Below are positions 26,436-34,956 of a DNA stretch of 64,000 bases, piece after piece; within the stretch, counting starts at the first letter, position 1, and each line of letters starts with the position of its first letter. A program made the translations under genes and the position numbers. The notes beneath the pieces are model-generated. The model made no database searches. It had not been told where the DNA came from and saw nothing but the letters and a program-made list of their open reading frames with translations. Origin of the DNA: Kofleriaceae bacterium (GTDB lineage: Bacteria > Myxococcota_A > Polyangia > Haliangiales > Haliangiaceae); assembly GCA_036265355.1 (NCBI GenBank), contig DATAPF010000683.1, positions 35,457 through 99,456 of the forward strand, given 5' to 3'.

Positions 26436-29400
26436 ATGGCCACGCGCAGCGCACTCGACGAGCCACCGACGGTCCGGAGCCTGCATGGACGCGGGCGCGA
26501 GCTCGCCGAGCTCGATGCCGCGCTCGAGCAGGCGTTTGGTGGGCGCGGGGGTGTGTTTCTCCTCTCCGGCGAGGCCGGCATCGGCAAGACGCGCCTGGCC
26601 GAGGAGCTCGCCGCGCGCGCCGAGGCGCGAGGCGTCGGCGTGTTCTGGGGTCGGGCCTGGGAGGTCGCGGGCGCGCCGGCGTGCTGGCCGTGGACGCAGG
26701 TCGCGCTCACGGCCACGCAGACCGAGGCCGGCGCCGACTTCCTGGCCCGCGATCCCAGCGCGGTCGGCCTCGCGTCCATCCTGGCCCCGGCGCGCTCGAG
26801 CGAGCACGCAGACGATCCGGAGCTCGGAACGGCGCGCCTCGCTCTGGCGATGCTCGCGCTCCTCCAGCACCTCGCCGCGGAGGCGCCCGTCGTCCTCGTC
26901 CTCGACGATCTGCACGCCGCCGACGTGGCCACGCTGACGCTCCTCGGGCAGATCGCGCGCGACCTTCGCCGCCTCGCCGTCCTCGTCATCGGAACGTATC
27001 GCGAGGTGGAGGCGCGGCGCTCGCCCCGCATCGCGGCCCTCCTCGTCCGCGTGGCCAGGGATGGGACGGCGCGGTCCCTCGCCCGTCTCGACCATGACGC
27101 CGTTTCCGGCTGGCTCGCGGCGTCGCTCGGCAATCGCGCGTCGGCGGAGCTCGGCGCGGCCATCTTCCAGGCCAGCGAGGGCAACCCGCTGTTCGTCGAT
27201 GCCCTCGTCCAGCTCGTCGCGGCGCGCGGCGACGCGGTCGCGCTGCCGTCCGGCTTCGTCCTGCCCGACACGATCCAGGAGACCGTGCGCGAGCTCCTCG
27301 AGCGCGTCTCGCCGCCGGCGCGCGCCATCCTCGAGGCCACCGCCGTCCTCGGGCGCGAATGCCAGACTGCCATCCTGCTCGTCGTGTCGGGCGCCGCCCA
27401 CGAGGACGTCCTCGCGGCGGTCGCCGAGGGCGTCGCCGCCGGCGTCCTCGCGCCGCAGGTGACGCCGTTGCGACCGGTGCGCTTCGCGCACGTCCTCATC
27501 CGCGAGGTCATCTACCGCGGCACCAACGCAGCGCGACGGATCGAGCTCCACGCCCGTTGCCTCGCTGCCCTGCGGCGCATTCACGGGGTAGACCTCGACG
27601 CGCACCTCGCCGAGCTGGCCCACCACGCCTTCGAGAGCGCCTCCGTCGGCAGCTGGGCCGACGCCGTCGACCTCTCGTTCCGCGCCGGCCTTCGCGCCCT
27701 CGACCTCCTCGCCTTCGACGACGCGGCCCGGCACTTCGAGCGGACGCTCGCCGCCCTCGATCACGGCGAGCGTCGCGACGACGCCCTGCGCGCCGACGTC
27801 CTCTGGCGGCTGGGGCGGTGCCAGATCTTCCTCGGGCAGCCGCCGCTCGGGCGCGAGACCTGCGAGCGCGCTGCCGCGTGCGCCGAGGCGGCCGGCCGCG
27901 CCGACATCTTCGCCCGCGCCGCGCTCGCGTCGTCGCCCGAGGTCTTCCCCGGACGCGCCGATCACCGCCTGGGCGCCCTCCTCGAGCGCGCGCTGGCCAT
28001 GCCGGGCCACGACGCGGTTCTCCAGATCCAGCTCGCGGCGCGGCTGGCCTCGGCGCTCGTGCCCACGCTCGCGCCGGAACGTCCCATGCAGCTCGCGCGT
28101 GAGGCCATTGCCGCGGCGTGCGAAGTCGGCGATCGCAAGCTCCTCGCAGCCGTGCTGGCCACCGTGCGCTTCGTCTTCATGCCGGCGGCAGCGCTCACCG
28201 AGCGTCTGGACTACGAGCGCATGCTGTTCGGCCTGGTCGGGACGCTCGGCGATCCCATCCTCGAGGCGCAGGCGCGCGGCCGGCTCGCCATGTGCGCGAT
28301 CGAATCGGCCGACCCCGACGCCACGGCCCACGAGCTGCGCCTGCAGCGCGACATCGCCGATCGCCTGCGCCTGCCTTGGCACCAGCTGCGCGGCGCCTGC
28401 ATCCGGCTCCTCTGGTCGTCGCTCCGCGGCGACGACGAAGGCGTGGCCGCGGCCGAGCACATCATCCGCGACCACATCGAACGCGTCGACGAGGTGCGGA
28501 GCCTGATCTTCGTCGAGGCCAACCGGAAGGTGCGCGCCGAGGCCCGCGGCGACGAGCGGACCGCCGCCGACGCCCGGACCCACCTCGAGAGTTTGCTCGC
28601 GCTCGACCCGTTCGGCTCCTGGTGTCTGCCGGTCCTCCGCGCCGCGGCCCTGGCACACGGGGGTCGGAAGGACGACGCGCGGACCGTCTTTCTCCAGTTC
28701 GCGCCCGAGGGACCGGCCGCTGCCTTGCGCGCCATGGGGCCGGCGCTCCTCCTCGACGTGGCGCCGTTCGTCCTCGATCTGGGCGACGCCGGCTGGATGC
28801 AGGAGGTCTACGAGGTGCTGCTTCCGTTCGAGGGCCGAAACTCGGTGAACCTCGTCCTCCTCACCAGCGACGGTCCGATCGCGTACCATCTGGGGCTCCT
28901 CGCACGCGCGCTCGGCCGCGCCGACGACGCCGCGCGGCACTTCGCGGCCGCACTGGCGATGTGCGAGCGCGCCGGATTCACCGCCTGCGCAGCGCGGACG
29001 CGGGCGGCTCTCGGTACGCGCCCGCGACTGCCGGACGCAAGCGCGAGCGCGGGGCCGCCCGAGCTCCGCCGGAGAGGCGACGTCTGGATTCTGCGCCACG
29101 GCGGCCGCGAGCTCCTCCTCGCCGACTCCAAGGGCGTCTGCTACCTGGCCGCGTTGCTCGAGGAGCCCGGTCGTGAGCGGCACGTCCTCGAGCTCGTCGG
29201 CGAGGGCGGGGAAGGCGACGCCGGCCCCCACCTCGACGCCGAGACCAAGGCGAGCTATCGGCGCCGGCTCGACGCGCTGCGCGATGCGCTCGAAGACGCC
29301 GAGGAGCGCGGGGACCGCGAGCGCGCGACGCGCCTGGAGGGGGAGCGCGAGGCCATCGCCGCCGAGCTCGCGCGCGCCGTCGGTCTCGGCGGCCGCAATC

Positions 29401-29552
29401 GCCGCGCCGGCGCGGCCTCCGAGCGCGCACGCATCAACGTGCAGCGGCGCCTGCGCGACGTCCTCGACCGCGTCGCCGAGCTCGACGCCGCGCTGGGCCG
29501 GCACCTCGACCTTCACGTGAAGACCGGCGTGTTCTGCTCGTATCGGCCCTAG
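26436..29552 (+). CDS. STAND-class AAA ATPase (AAA_16-like) with a long helical-repeat region and a conserved C-terminal module
   Basis: Start ATG 26436 (MATRSALDEPP...). The sequence HGRGRELAELDAALEQAFGGRGGVFLLSGEAGIGKTRLAEEL contains Walker A. The Walker B region is VVLVLDDLHAAD. About 600 aa of TPR-like helices follow. The C-terminus (GDVWILRHGGRELLLADSKGVCYLAALLEEPGRERHVLEL ... ERARINVQRRLRDVL ... TGVFCSYRP) recalls a module common at the end of actinobacterial and myxobacterial ATPases. Confidence 0.85.
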   Translation: MATRSALDEPPTVRSLHGRGRELAELDAALEQAFGGRGGVFLLSGEAGIGKTRLAEELAARAEARGVGVFWGRAWEVAGAPACWPWTQVALTATQTEAGADFLARDPSAVGLASILAPARSSEHADDPELGTARLALAMLALLQHLAAEAPVVLVLDDLHAADVATLTLLGQIARDLRRLAVLVIGTYREVEARRSPRIAALLVRVARDGTARSLARLDHDAVSGWLAASLGNRASAELGAAIFQASEGNPLFVDALVQLVAARGDAVALPSGFVLPDTIQETVRELLERVSPPARAILEATAVLGRECQTAILLVVSGAAHEDVLAAVAEGVAAGVLAPQVTPLRPVRFAHVLIREVIYRGTNAARRIELHARCLAALRRIHGVDLDAHLAELAHHAFESASVGSWADAVDLSFRAGLRALDLLAFDDAARHFERTLAALDHGERRDDALRADVLWRLGRCQIFLGQPPLGRETCERAAACAEAAGRADIFARAALASSPEVFPGRADHRLGALLERALAMPGHDAVLQIQLAARLASALVPTLAPERPMQLAREAIAAACEVGDRKLLAAVLATVRFVFMPAAALTERLDYERMLFGLVGTLGDPILEAQARGRLAMCAIESADPDATAHELRLQRDIADRLRLPWHQLRGACIRLLWSSLRGDDEGVAAAEHIIRDHIERVDEVRSLIFVEANRKVRAEARGDERTAADARTHLESLLALDPFGSWCLPVLRAAALAHGGRKDDARTVFLQFAPEGPAAALRAMGPALLLDVAPFVLDLGDAGWMQEVYEVLLPFEGRNSVNLVLLTSDGPIAYHLGLLARALGRADDAARHFAAALAMCERAGFTACAARTRAALGTRPRLPDASASAGPPELRRRGDVWILRHGGRELLLADSKGVCYLAALLEEPGRERHVLELVGEGGEGDAGPHLDAETKASYRRRLDALRDALEDAEERGDRERATRLEGEREAIAAELARAVGLGGRNRRAGAASERARINVQRRLRDVLDRVAELDAALGRHLDLHVKTGVFCSYRP

Positions 29553-29620
29553 GATCTGGTGGACGGCGGGTGGGGTGACCTCGAGGTACTAGCCCGTACG
29601 ACCGCGGGCGGAGGCGCCGA

Positions 29621-30286
29621 TCACTTCGGGTCGGTCGCGGGATAGATCTGGCCGCGGACCTCGCCGTAGAAGGTGTTGGCCCTGGTGTGCAGGTTGAAAT
29701 ACAGCACGCCCTTGCGCGCCAGGTACTCGAGCGCCGAGATCGTCATGGATTGCGTGGGAAAGCCGATCTCGACCGGGCAGCTCTCGGGCAGCGCCGGCTT
29801 GAGGCCCTTCGGCATCTGCTTGATGAACGTGATGTTCTTGTTCGACAGCTCGACGGTCATCTTGCCGGCGGCGAGCAGCTTGGGCAGGCTGCCGAGCTCG
29901 CTGAAGTCGACGATGATCGGGCCGAGCACGCCGGGCGGGCCGCAGTGGATGTGGAACATCACGATGTCGGCCGGGTTGACCCCGGTGACCTCGATGTCGA
30001 CGAAGGCGCGGGTGAGATCCTTGGTGAACCGCAGCTGGCCCCAGCCGCGCGACTTGCGCTGCTCGCGCGGCACCGAGGGCTCCGTGGCCTGCAGGCCGGT
30101 GGCCTTGGTGAGCAGCTTGGGCGCGTCGGACTCGTCGCCCGGCTGCTGCTGCGGGCTCATCCAGCCCTCGTAGACGGTGAACGCGGCGGCGCCCTGCGCC
30201 GGATCCTTGGCGAGCGCGGACGGCAAGCACAGCGCACAGGCGGCAGCAGCGAGGAGCAGGGTCCGCAGGGAGATGGTTCTGGGCAT
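29621..30286 (-). CDS. Secreted CHRD-domain-like protein
   Basis: Start ATG 30286 gives signal peptide MPRTISLRTLLLAAAACALCLPSALA. The motif FHIHCGPPGVLGPIIVDF resembles the CHRD H.H.G..G..GP signature. The upstream part of the listed ORF is Arg-rich junk. Confidence 0.65.
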   Translation of the reverse strand: MPRTISLRTLLLAAAACALCLPSALAKDPAQGAAAFTVYEGWMSPQQQPGDESDAPKLLTKATGLQATEPSVPREQRKSRGWGQLRFTKDLTRAFVDIEVTGVNPADIVMFHIHCGPPGVLGPIIVDFSELGSLPKLLAAGKMTVELSNKNITFIKQMPKGLKPALPESCPVEIGFPTQSMTISALEYLARKGVLYFNLHTRANTFYGEVRGQIYPATDPK

Positions 30287-30458
30287 CCGCCGACCACGGT
30301 AACCGAACCCGATCGCGCACCTGCTGCCGCGTATCGCTCCACGCGCTGCGGTCCTGCGGCGCGCTCGTACGCGGTGCCCGGCGAGGTGAGGCCAGGCGGC
30401 GGCACGAGGAACGCCTGGAGGAACGCCGTGGCTCGTCGCGCCGCAGTAAGCTCGCGGG

Positions 30459-31307
30459 ATGCTGACCAGGCTGTTTGCGGCACGGCGCGTACCGGGTGCG
30501 ACCTGGGAGGACCTGTGTGAGGCGACCGGCACCACGGTGGAGCGGGCCGCGGTGGGCGGCGCACGCACCGACCGCGCCGGCCACGCGTTCGCGATCGGCT
30601 ACACGGCGGCGCTCGAGGCGCTCGCCGGCGAGACCCGCGCCGCGTTCTGCGTGACCGAGGACGGCGGCAACCACCCCCGGGCGATCGAGACCCGGCTGGT
30701 CGACGGCCGGGTCACCGGCGCGAAGCGGTGGGCGACGCTCGCCGACCGCGCGGCGCACCTGCTGGTCGTCGCCCGCGAGGGCAGCGATGCCGCGGGCCGG
30801 CCGCGGCTGCGCATGGTCCGGGTGCGCCGCGATGCGCCGGGGGTGACGCTGGAGGTCGCGACCGCGGCGTTCGTGCCCGAGATCGCGCACGCGCGGGTGA
30901 CGCTCGAGGCGGTCGCCGGCGAGGTGCTGCCGGGCGACGGTTATGCGGACTACGTCAAGCCGTTCCGCACGGTGGAGGACATCCACGTCCACGCGGCGCT
31001 GGTCGGGTACTGGCTCGGGGTGGCGCGGCAGCGCGGGTTCGCGCACGCGCTGATCGAGCGGCTGGCGATGACCGCCGCGGCGCTGGTCGCGCTGGGCGCC
31101 GAGGACGCCCGGGCGCCGGCCACCCACGTCGCGCTCGGCGGTGTGCTCGCGGCGAGCGCGGGGCTGGTCGCGGAGCTCGAGGCGGCCTGGGCCGATGTCC
31201 CGGATGAGGAATGCGACCGCTGGCAGCGCGACCGGGCGCTGCTCGGGGTCGCCGGCAAGGCGCGCCGCGAGCGCCTGGCGCGGGCGTGGCAGGCGCTGTC
31301 GGGATGA
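30459..31307 (+). CDS. Short acyl-CoA dehydrogenase-family protein
   Basis: 282 aa. A middle-barrel-like stretch (GGNHPRAIETRLVDGRVTGAKRWATLADRAAHLLVVAR) and a C-terminal helical stretch (GDGYADYVKPFRTVEDIHVHAA) resemble ACAD folds. Assigned by eye only. Confidence 0.55.
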   Translation: MLTRLFAARRVPGATWEDLCEATGTTVERAAVGGARTDRAGHAFAIGYTAALEALAGETRAAFCVTEDGGNHPRAIETRLVDGRVTGAKRWATLADRAAHLLVVAREGSDAAGRPRLRMVRVRRDAPGVTLEVATAAFVPEIAHARVTLEAVAGEVLPGDGYADYVKPFRTVEDIHVHAALVGYWLGVARQRGFAHALIERLAMTAAALVALGAEDARAPATHVALGGVLAASAGLVAELEAAWADVPDEECDRWQRDRALLGVAGKARRERLARAWQALSG

Positions 31308-31347
31308 CCGGCCCGGCAGCGCGCCCGGGATCCGGCGCTAGCTGCGC

Positions 31348-31608
31348 TCAGAAGCCGAAGCCGCCGCCGGGATCCCCACCGCCGCCGGCGTTCTTGCCGA
31401 TGTCATCGAGGCCGAGCTGCGAAGGCAGGTCGCCCGGGGTCCGGACGAGCGGCGGCAGCGGATCCGGCTTCGGCCAGTCGACCTTCATGCTGTCCTCCAG
31501 CGACATGCCGCGCCGGTCTTCGATGTTCTCGGATTGCCGCCAGCCATCGGTGTTCATGCCGCCATTCACGCCGGCGAGGTCGGTCAGGTCGAGCTCGGTG
31601 TCTGTCAT
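31348..31608 (-). CDS. 86-aa small protein with a GG motif and a YpfJ-N-terminus-like W.QSENIEDRRG motif
   Basis: From ATG 31608: MTDTELDLTDLAGVNGGMNTDGWRQSENIEDRRGMSLEDSMKVDWPKPDPLPPLVRTPGDLPSQLGLDDIGKNAGGGGDPGGGFGF. The listed ORF extends to 31704, but the extra residues look non-coding. The RBS is weak. Confidence 0.45.
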   Translation of the reverse strand: MTDTELDLTDLAGVNGGMNTDGWRQSENIEDRRGMSLEDSMKVDWPKPDPLPPLVRTPGDLPSQLGLDDIGKNAGGGGDPGGGFGF

Positions 31609-31725
31609 GACGCCCCGGCCATGCGATTGCGAGTCCAGATCCAACCGGTCGGGATCACGTCGCGCCGTCGTTGCCGGCGTTGCCGCGAGGACGCAGGGTG
31701 TCACCCCGGGTAGGCGGACGCGGCG

Positions 31726-32109
31726 CTATCGCGGGCGCGGCGCGAGCCGGACCGCGGTGCCGTAGGCGAGCACCTCGGTCGAGCCCTGCATGAACTCGGT
31801 CGCGTCGTAGCGCATCCCGATGATCGCGTCGGCGCCCATCTCCTGCGCGTGCTGCACCATCTGCTGGTAGGCGTCGTGGCGCGCGGCCTCGCAGACCTCG
31901 GTGAACTCGGCGATGTTGCCGCCGCCGAGCGCGCGCAGCGAGCCGAGCAGGCCCTGGCCGATGCCGGTCGCGCGGACCACGATGCCGCGGACGATCGCGA
32001 GGTACTTCACGATGTCCTGGCCGGCGACTTCGTTGCCGGTCGTGACGATCAGCTGCTCGATCGGCTCGGCGCCGATGCGATAGGGGCTCGCGGGTTCGGA
32101 GGTCGCCAT
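31726..32109 (-). CDS. YbjQ/UPF0145 family protein (putative heavy-metal-binding domain)
   Basis: 127 aa. IVTTGNEVAGQDIVKYLAIVRGIVVRA...GGNIAEFTEVCEAARHDAYQQMVQHAQEMGADAIIGMRYD is typical YbjQ-family sequence. Confidence 0.85.
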   Translation of the reverse strand: MATSEPASPYRIGAEPIEQLIVTTGNEVAGQDIVKYLAIVRGIVVRATGIGQGLLGSLRALGGGNIAEFTEVCEAARHDAYQQMVQHAQEMGADAIIGMRYDATEFMQGSTEVLAYGTAVRLAPRPR

Positions 32110-32131
32110 GCCTTCGCTATAGCACCGGGGC

Positions 32132-32434
32132 TCAGCGCGGGCGGCTCGGATCGACGCCCTCGCACCGGGTGAACGCGGCGTACTGCTCGTAGGCGTGGCC
32201 GTGGCCGGTCAGGTGCTCGTTCATGCAGCGGATCGAGCGCGCCAGCTCGCCGTTGTCATGCGCCCGGGCGACGTTCGCGACGCAGGTCTCGATCGTGTGG
32301 TCGCGCTGGGCGTCCGACAGCGTCAGGTTGGGGAACGCCATCTCCCAGCCCATCTCGCGCCGGACGCAGTACTCGCGATCGGTCATGTCGTGGCTGCAGC
32401 CCGCGACGAGCACGGCGAGGACCCACCAGCGCAT
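32132..32434 (-). CDS. Small Cys-containing lipoprotein, uncharacterised
   Basis: MRWWVLAVLVAGC lipobox signal. 100 aa with four further Cys. It ends 22 nt upstream of the ybjQ-like gene. Confidence 0.7.
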   Translation of the reverse strand: MRWWVLAVLVAGCSHDMTDREYCVRREMGWEMAFPNLTLSDAQRDHTIETCVANVARAHDNGELARSIRCMNEHLTGHGHAYEQYAAFTRCEGVDPSRPR

Positions 32435-32506
32435 GGCGTTGGTCTAGCACCCGGGCGGGCGGGTGGCACACGGCGCGTGGCGCCGCCATCCCGGAGCCGC
32501 TCGCGG

Positions 32507-33415
32507 TCACGCGGCGGGCCGGGCGGTGCCGCTGGCGATCGCCCTCTGGAACAGCGCGCGGAGCTCGGTCTCGGCCTTGACCGACGCGACCTGCATCTGC
32601 TGGCCGAGCACCTGCATCTGCTGGCCGAGCTCGCGCATCGGGTGCTCGACGGCCTTCATCTCCTTGCGCAGCGCGCGCTCCTGCTGGCGGAGCTCGTGGC
32701 GCTGGCGGACGAGCTGGTCCTTCTCGGCCGGGGTCAGCGCGTCGCTCTGATCGCGCATCGCGAGCGCGCTCTCGCGCACGGCGAGGGTGCCCTGGCGGGT
32801 GCCGATCACGCTCATCCGCGCGCCGAGCTCGCCCTGCTGCTTGCCGAGCTCCCCCTGCTGCTTGCCGAGCTCGCCCTGCTGGTTGCCGAGCTCGCGGACC
32901 GGCTTCATCGCCGCGTCGATCTGCTGCAGGACGGCGGGATCGCGGATGACGTAGTCCTGGCCGCCGCTGCGGAACCACACGAGCGGCTCCTTGCCGCGGC
33001 GCAGCCGGCGGACGCGCTCGACGTCGCGGCTGTCGCCGGACATCGTGGTGTTGTCGTCGATGAGGTAGACGTAGTTGAGGTCGCGGTCGCGGTGGCGCGC
33101 GGTCGGGGCGCCGGCCGGAGCCGCGGCGGTGGCGGGGGCAGCGGCGGTCGGGGCGCCGGCAGCGACCGGAGCGGCGGTCGGGGCGCCGGCAGCGACAGGA
33201 GCTGCGGCGGCAGCTGGAGCGCGGGCCGCGGCCGGGGCAGCGGCGGCGGCCGGGGCAGCGGCGCGGGCGGCAGCCGGAGCGGGGTGGTCGGCCTGGTCAC
33301 AGGCGGGCGGCGCGCGGTCGTCGGCGCGGCCCGGGGTAGCGGCGCCGGCGAAGCCGAGCAGCGCGAGGAAGCCGATCTCGATCGGCCGGAACAGCGCGTT
33401 GCGCGTGATCATCAT
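32507..33415 (-). CDS. Secreted protein: Ala/Pro-rich linker plus a coiled-coil domain with ELG(K/N)QQG heptad repeats
   Basis: Start ATG 33415 (MMITRNALFRPIEIGFLALLGFAGAATPGRA signal). A low-complexity APAAA linker follows, then LNYVYLIDDNTTMSGDSRDVERVRRL..EPLVWFRSGGQDYVIRDPAVLQQI...ELGNQQGELGKQQGELGKQQGELGARM. This is reminiscent of C-terminal regions I recall in some BlaR1/M56-type proteins. Confidence 0.75.
   Translation of the reverse strand: MMITRNALFRPIEIGFLALLGFAGAATPGRADDRAPPACDQADHPAPAAARAAAPAAAAAPAAARAPAAAAAPVAAGAPTAAPVAAGAPTAAAPATAAAPAGAPTARHRDRDLNYVYLIDDNTTMSGDSRDVERVRRLRRGKEPLVWFRSGGQDYVIRDPAVLQQIDAAMKPVRELGNQQGELGKQQGELGKQQGELGARMSVIGTRQGTLAVRESALAMRDQSDALTPAEKDQLVRQRHELRQQERALRKEMKAVEHPMRELGQQMQVLGQQMQVASVKAETELRALFQRAIASGTARPAA
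32822..32893 (-). repeat. 21-bp in-frame tandem repeat, about 3.4 copies (encodes the GELGKQQ heptads)
   Basis: gccgagctcgccctgctgctt / gccgagctccccctgctgctt / gccgagctcgccctgctggtt / gccgagctcgcg, read directly on the plus strand. Confidence 0.9.
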
Positions 33416-33477
33416 GCCCGGGAGATGCGCGGACGCGCCCACCGGTTGACAGCGATTCGATCCGGTGCCTCTCCGGG

Positions 33478-34734
33478 CTATTCGATCCGCGGCGGCGTGT
33501 AGGTGGCGTCGGGATCGACCGGGACGGCGTAGCTCGAGTCCCACAGGGTGGCGAAGAACCGGGCGAGCTCGCCGGCGATCGCGGGATCATCGACGAGGAC
33601 GCCGACGTTGCGGCTCCGGTAGAAGTAGTCCTTCTCCCAGTTGCCGGTGCCGAGCCAGCCGCGCTTGCCGTCGACCACGAGCGCCTTGGCGTGGGTGACG
33701 CGGGCGAACGGGATGAAGCCGCCGGACCACGCGGGGATCGTGGTGAGCCGGACCGCGATGTTGCGGATCCGGGCCAGCTTCTGCAGGCCGGTGATGGTGC
33801 GCGGGCGCTTGGACCAGTCGGCGAGCAGGAGCTCGACGTGGACGCCACGGGCGGCGGCGCGGACCAGCGGGGCCTCGAGCTCGTCCCACGGCGCGCCGTC
33901 GGCGTCGGCGCGGTAGGTCAGGGCCTCGACCGTGATCGTGGCGGTGGCGGCGTCGAGCAGCTCGACGATGCGCGGCAGGTCCCAGCCGATCCCGGGCGGC
34001 AGCAGGTCGCGCGGGCTGGCGACCAGGGTGATCGGGCCGTGCGCGGGGGTGCCGGGGACCGGGACCTGGGCCTGGGGGGCCGCCTCGCCGCCGGCGCGCG
34101 CCCAGTCGGCGGCGAAGATCGCGGCCAGGCCGCCGACCACGGCGGGGTCGCGGACGCGCGCGCCGAGCTCGTAGATGTGCTCCAGCGAGCGATAGTCGAA
34201 GTTCTGGCTGCCGAAGAACGCCTCGCGATCGTCGACGACGAAGTACTTGGCGTGCAGGATGCCGCCGGTGGTCGGCTTGAGGTCGAGCTGGCGGACCTCG
34301 GCGCCGGCGCGGGCGAGCCGGTCCAGCGTGTCGGGGTAGGTCTTGACGAAGCCGTGCTCGGCGAGGAACCGGACGCGGACGCCGCGCGCGATCGCGGCCT
34401 CCAGCGCCTGGACGACCGGCTCGAGCCGGCTGCCCTGCTGGTTGGAGGCGTAGAACTCGGCGAGATCGATCGACGTGCGCGCGGCGGCGATCATCTCGGG
34501 CCAGACGTCGGCGGCGTCGCGCAGCTCGGGGTGATCGAGCGTGGTCTCGATCGGCGCGGTCTCGACCAGCTCGAACGCGGGCCCGGCGGCGGCCCGGGCG
34601 GCGGCGGCGCGGGCCGGCGCGGCGGGCGCAGGCGCGGGCGCGGCGGCGCCGGGACCCGGGCCGCATGCGCCGAACAGGACGGCGGTGGCGGCGATCAGCG
34701 TGGCGAGCGCGGTGGCGGACCGGGTCGGCTGCAT
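33478..34734 (-). CDS. Phospholipase D-family lipoprotein with two HKD motifs
   Basis: Start ATG 34734 gives MQPTRSATALATLIAATAVLFGAC (lipobox). HKD motifs are LHAKYFVVDDREAFFGSQN and THAKALVVDGKRGWLGTGN. Confidence 0.9.
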   Translation of the reverse strand: MQPTRSATALATLIAATAVLFGACGPGPGAAAPAPAPAAPARAAAARAAAGPAFELVETAPIETTLDHPELRDAADVWPEMIAAARTSIDLAEFYASNQQGSRLEPVVQALEAAIARGVRVRFLAEHGFVKTYPDTLDRLARAGAEVRQLDLKPTTGGILHAKYFVVDDREAFFGSQNFDYRSLEHIYELGARVRDPAVVGGLAAIFAADWARAGGEAAPQAQVPVPGTPAHGPITLVASPRDLLPPGIGWDLPRIVELLDAATATITVEALTYRADADGAPWDELEAPLVRAAARGVHVELLLADWSKRPRTITGLQKLARIRNIAVRLTTIPAWSGGFIPFARVTHAKALVVDGKRGWLGTGNWEKDYFYRSRNVGVLVDDPAIAGELARFFATLWDSSYAVPVDPDATYTPPRIE

Positions 34735-34956
34735 CGCGCGCACGGTAACCCGTCTCCGGCGGGCAGGTGAGCGCGGCATGGCACGGAGCTGGAGCTCGGT
34801 CGCACTCGCGAGCTCCGGCAAGCGCGCGACAGACGGTCGTCAACTATCTCGGCCGCGCCGGTCGACCGGCACAGCGGGCGGCCGCGGGCGGCGGCGCAGG
34901 GCGACGTGGTCCGGAAACCGCGAACGCGCGCCCCGCGGGGATGGCAAGGTGGCCGG

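Noticed and set aside
26361-29516. 1051-aa minus-strand ORF antisense to the STAND ATPase (and other overlapping ORFs there)
   Set aside because: No motifs are present and composition is R/G/A/E/D-dominated. The plus-strand frame has Walker A/B motifs and balanced helical-repeat sequence.
32822-33200. CRISPR-like or minisatellite array
   Set aside because: The short tandem repeats are contiguous with no spacers, are in frame, and encode heptad or Ala/Pro repeats of a secreted protein. No CRISPR-type repeat-spacer periodicity occurs anywhere in the window.
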